Origin: Thiotrichaceae bacterium
GTDB taxonomy: Bacteria; Pseudomonadota; Gammaproteobacteria; UBA5859
Direction: 5' to 3'
Assembly: GCA_041940025.1 (NCBI GenBank)
Contig: JBGTSY010000001.1
Location: 19,186 to 83,185 of the forward strand
DNA length: 64,000 bases
The position numbers were made by a program, and so were the translations under genes. Below the pieces are notes generated by a model that was not told the origin of the DNA, ran no database searches, and worked only from the letters and a program-made list of their open reading frames with translations. Below, in pieces: positions 62,151 through 64,000 of the stretch; the stretch's first letter is position 1, and the number at the start of each line of letters is the position of its first letter.

Positions 62151-62423
62151 ATGACACGAATGGTGCACTGCGCAAAATTAAACGAAGAACTTGAAGGGTT
62201 GGATCGACCACCCTATCCGGGAGAAATAGGTCAACGCATCTATAACGAAATTTCGAAACAGGCCTGGCAACAGTGGTTAGAGCACCAAACCCTAATCATT
62301 AACGAAAAACACCTAAGTATGGTCGATCCGGAGGCCAGAAAGCTGCTGGCTGAAGAGATGCACAAGTTTCTATTTGAAGGCGGCACTGAAAAACCTGAGG
62401 GGTATGTGGCGCCCGAATCGTGA
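62151..62423 (+). CDS. yggX: Fe(2+)-trafficking protein YggX
   Basis: 90 aa. MTRMVHCAKL...PPYPGEIG...ISKQAWQ.W, a near-canonical YggX. Confidence 0.85.
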   Translation: MTRMVHCAKLNEELEGLDRPPYPGEIGQRIYNEISKQAWQQWLEHQTLIINEKHLSMVDPEARKLLAEEMHKFLFEGGTEKPEGYVAPES

Positions 62424-62493
62424 TTTGCCCGTTTATTTTTCGCCAACACCTTGACTGTGTTGAGTATTCCCGATTAAATACGCTTTCTTTTAC

Positions 62494-62569
62494 GGCCAGG
62501 TAGCTCAGTCGGTAGAGCAGGGGACTGAAAATCCCCGTGTCGGCAGTTCGATTCTGTCCCTGGCCACCA
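62494..62569 (+). tRNA. tRNA-Phe (anticodon GAA)
   Basis: GGCCAGGTAGCTCAGTCGGTAGAGCAGGGGACTGAAAATCCCCGTGTCGGCAGTTCGATTCTGTCCCTGGCCACCA. 7-bp acceptor, D/T arms and anticodon loop CTGAAAA folded by eye. Near-identical to E. coli tRNA-Phe. Confidence 0.9.
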
Positions 62570-62812
62570 TTCTTTCCGGGGGTCGGCCCCTTTTCCCTAT
62601 AGGTTAAAACCTCCCTATTTTAGCCAACAGCTCTGTGAATTGGCGATTCTCTCTGAACTTCAGTGTCTGATCTTCTCCAGAATAGAGTTGATACCCGCTA
62701 ATTTGGCACCATGAGTCAAATTGGGTTTTCTGCTTCGATTCATATTTGTCACCGTCTCCTGCTACTCAAATAATGAACTGGGCAGCAGGCGACCATTCTC
62801 CTCTTAGGAATA

Positions 62813-63196
62813 GTGTTATTTGTAGAGATTCATTTCGCGCTGACTTTTGTCACCCTTGCAGAGCAAGTGCTGGCTAAAAGTGGTCTGGTTGCCGACAAAT
62901 TTCTCTTTTTACTGGCTGCCGTTGGCGGATTGAGTGCCGTCATTTATAGGCAGAGCCAAGCGAGTTCTCGAATTGTGGTCAACACCCTATTGGGCCGAAC
63001 CCGCACCTCCATGGGTAAATCAGTGTATTCTATTTGTGGCGATCTATGCGCCAACGACTATGAAGCGCTATACGCGACAATCCAGATCCCTGTAGAGTTG
63101 CCTTTACCGCATGCGCAATGGGTATGCGAACTGCTTTTTGAAACAGGATCTGGGTGTGACACATGCGCAGGAGATGCTGTCAAACACACCGGATAG
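62813..63196 (+). CDS. Hypothetical protein (weak call)
   Basis: 127 aa ORF downstream of tRNA-Phe. No recognisable motifs. Contains a Cys cluster near the C-terminus (CGDLC...C..C). Confidence 0.3.
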   Translation: MLFVEIHFALTFVTLAEQVLAKSGLVADKFLFLLAAVGGLSAVIYRQSQASSRIVVNTLLGRTRTSMGKSVYSICGDLCANDYEALYATIQIPVELPLPHAQWVCELLFETGSGCDTCAGDAVKHTG

Positions 63197-63256
63197 ACAG
63201 CGACAACTTACCCACAGCGGATTCAGTCCGTAGGTACGTTATGCCACTATCGCCTA

Positions 63257-63811
63257 ATGGCAATACCAGGATCACTTGCAAACAGGAGCCATGCCATGAT
63301 CGCCACTCAAAGTCCTGCACCCTACTTTTGTCAGATAGAGAGTCCAGTTGGACGCCTGACCCTTGAATCAAGCGAAAAAGGACTGACAGCGATCCGATGG
63401 CCTGACAGGACTGGCCCAAATAGAAGTCTTGGCTCGCGATTGAATCCACATCTAGAGCAAGCCATTGAACAACTCACTGACTATTTTGACCACACACGTG
63501 ATGCATTTGATTTATCGTTGGCGCCCGTTGGCACTCAATTTCAACTACATGTCTGGCAGGCATTGCAGCAGATCGAATTCGGTACAACGGTGAGCTATCA
63601 AGACATCGCCAAAGCGATTGGCAACCCAAAGGCCTGTCGTGCCGTAGGCAACGCCAATGGTAGAAACCCGATACCTATTGTGATTCCTTGTCATCGTGTT
63701 ATCTCCAACGATGGAAGCTTAGGGGGCTTTGCTGCGGGCCTCGAAACAAAAAGCTGGTTACTGGAACATGAACAACATCTTCAATCCAAAGAATGGGACT
63801 GGGTTGTTTAA
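63257..63811 (+). CDS. ogt: Methylated-DNA--protein-cysteine methyltransferase (O6-alkylguanine-DNA alkyltransferase)
   Basis: 184 aa. Active-site PCHRV and YQDIAKAIGNPKACRAVGNANGRNPIPIVIPCHRV, the MGMT C-terminal domain. Confidence 0.85.
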   Translation: MAIPGSLANRSHAMIATQSPAPYFCQIESPVGRLTLESSEKGLTAIRWPDRTGPNRSLGSRLNPHLEQAIEQLTDYFDHTRDAFDLSLAPVGTQFQLHVWQALQQIEFGTTVSYQDIAKAIGNPKACRAVGNANGRNPIPIVIPCHRVISNDGSLGGFAAGLETKSWLLEHEQHLQSKEWDWVV

Positions 63812-64000
63812 GATAAATTCGCATGTTCCAGTCATATCTTCACCGTCGTTTGCGATGAATATACTATTTAAAAACGGTCAAATTGACAGCAAATGAGTGT
63901 CCGAATTCCGTGTGAACGAGTCAACAACAAATATCTTAGATTTATAGGTTAGTGCCACGTAAATAGACTGATTTAGCGGCCGTTACTTTAGAACAAACTA

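Noticed and set aside
1-64000. CRISPR arrays, integrases, transposases, toxin-antitoxin pairs, or restriction-modification genes
   Set aside because: None seen. No regularly spaced direct repeats, no recombinase or nuclease motifs in any ORF.

Overview
This 64 kb window looks like chromosomal DNA from a gammaproteobacterium, based on E. coli-like housekeeping synteny and moderate GC. No organism is claimed. I worked only from the six-frame ORF track and manual sequence reading; no searches or computations were run.

Genes recognised, in order:
- minC (partial) and a PfkB-family kinase.
- The glycine cleavage operon gcvT-gcvH-gcvPA-gcvPB on the minus strand.
- acnA.
- A GGDDF-EAL signalling protein.
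- The conserved ubiI-ubiH-pepP block, facing a TIGR02449-like gene, zapA, 6S RNA (ssrS, absent from the ORF track) and ygfA.
- An EVE-domain protein, ilvA and rpiA.
- An exopolysaccharide locus of the PEP-CTERM / exosortase type, about 18 kb (19.7-37.7 kb).
- rpsI-rplM.
- A ferredoxin, a GlcF-like Fe-S protein and coq7 together.
- speD, a VOC-family enzyme, rph, rdgB and hemW.
- A TetR-family regulator and an EamA transporter.
- trmB and thiS-thiG.
- A sulfur-transfer-like cluster: methyltransferase, rhodanese, tandem glutaredoxin, rhodanese.
- A putative metal-uptake cluster: His-rich outer-membrane protein, ZnuA-like, ZnuB-like, with no ATPase.
- A trio of rubrerythrin, a CCG-domain Fe-S oxidoreductase and a DUF3501-like protein.
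- asmA, mutY, yggX, tRNA-Phe(GAA) and ogt.

The polysaccharide locus contains a PrsT-like TPR lipoprotein, a low-GC glycan module, a PEP-CTERM-type export and chain-length module, and two VPLPA/PEP-CTERM-tailed cargo proteins. The glycan module comprises Wzx, an ATP-grasp enzyme, a Wzy-like protein, a secreted unknown protein, and GT2 and GT1 glycosyltransferases. The export module comprises a secretion ATPase, a BY-kinase, a Wzz-like protein, an outer-membrane barrel and a Wza-like protein. One cargo protein carries a lamin-tail domain.

The most unusual observations:
- Two degenerate 3' copies of the ATP-grasp C-terminus sit directly after that gene; one has its own ribosome-binding site and GTG start.
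- A degenerate 3' copy of the tandem-glutaredoxin gene lies after the adjacent rhodanese gene.
- T8/T9 homopolymer tracts lie in the signal-peptide codons of the EPS outer-membrane barrel gene.
- An orphan GlcF-like Fe-S protein is fused in an operon with coq7.
- The Znu-like cluster lacks an ATPase.
- Several strong intrinsic terminators and candidate leader or sRNA regions are present.

No CRISPR array, integrase or transposase was seen.
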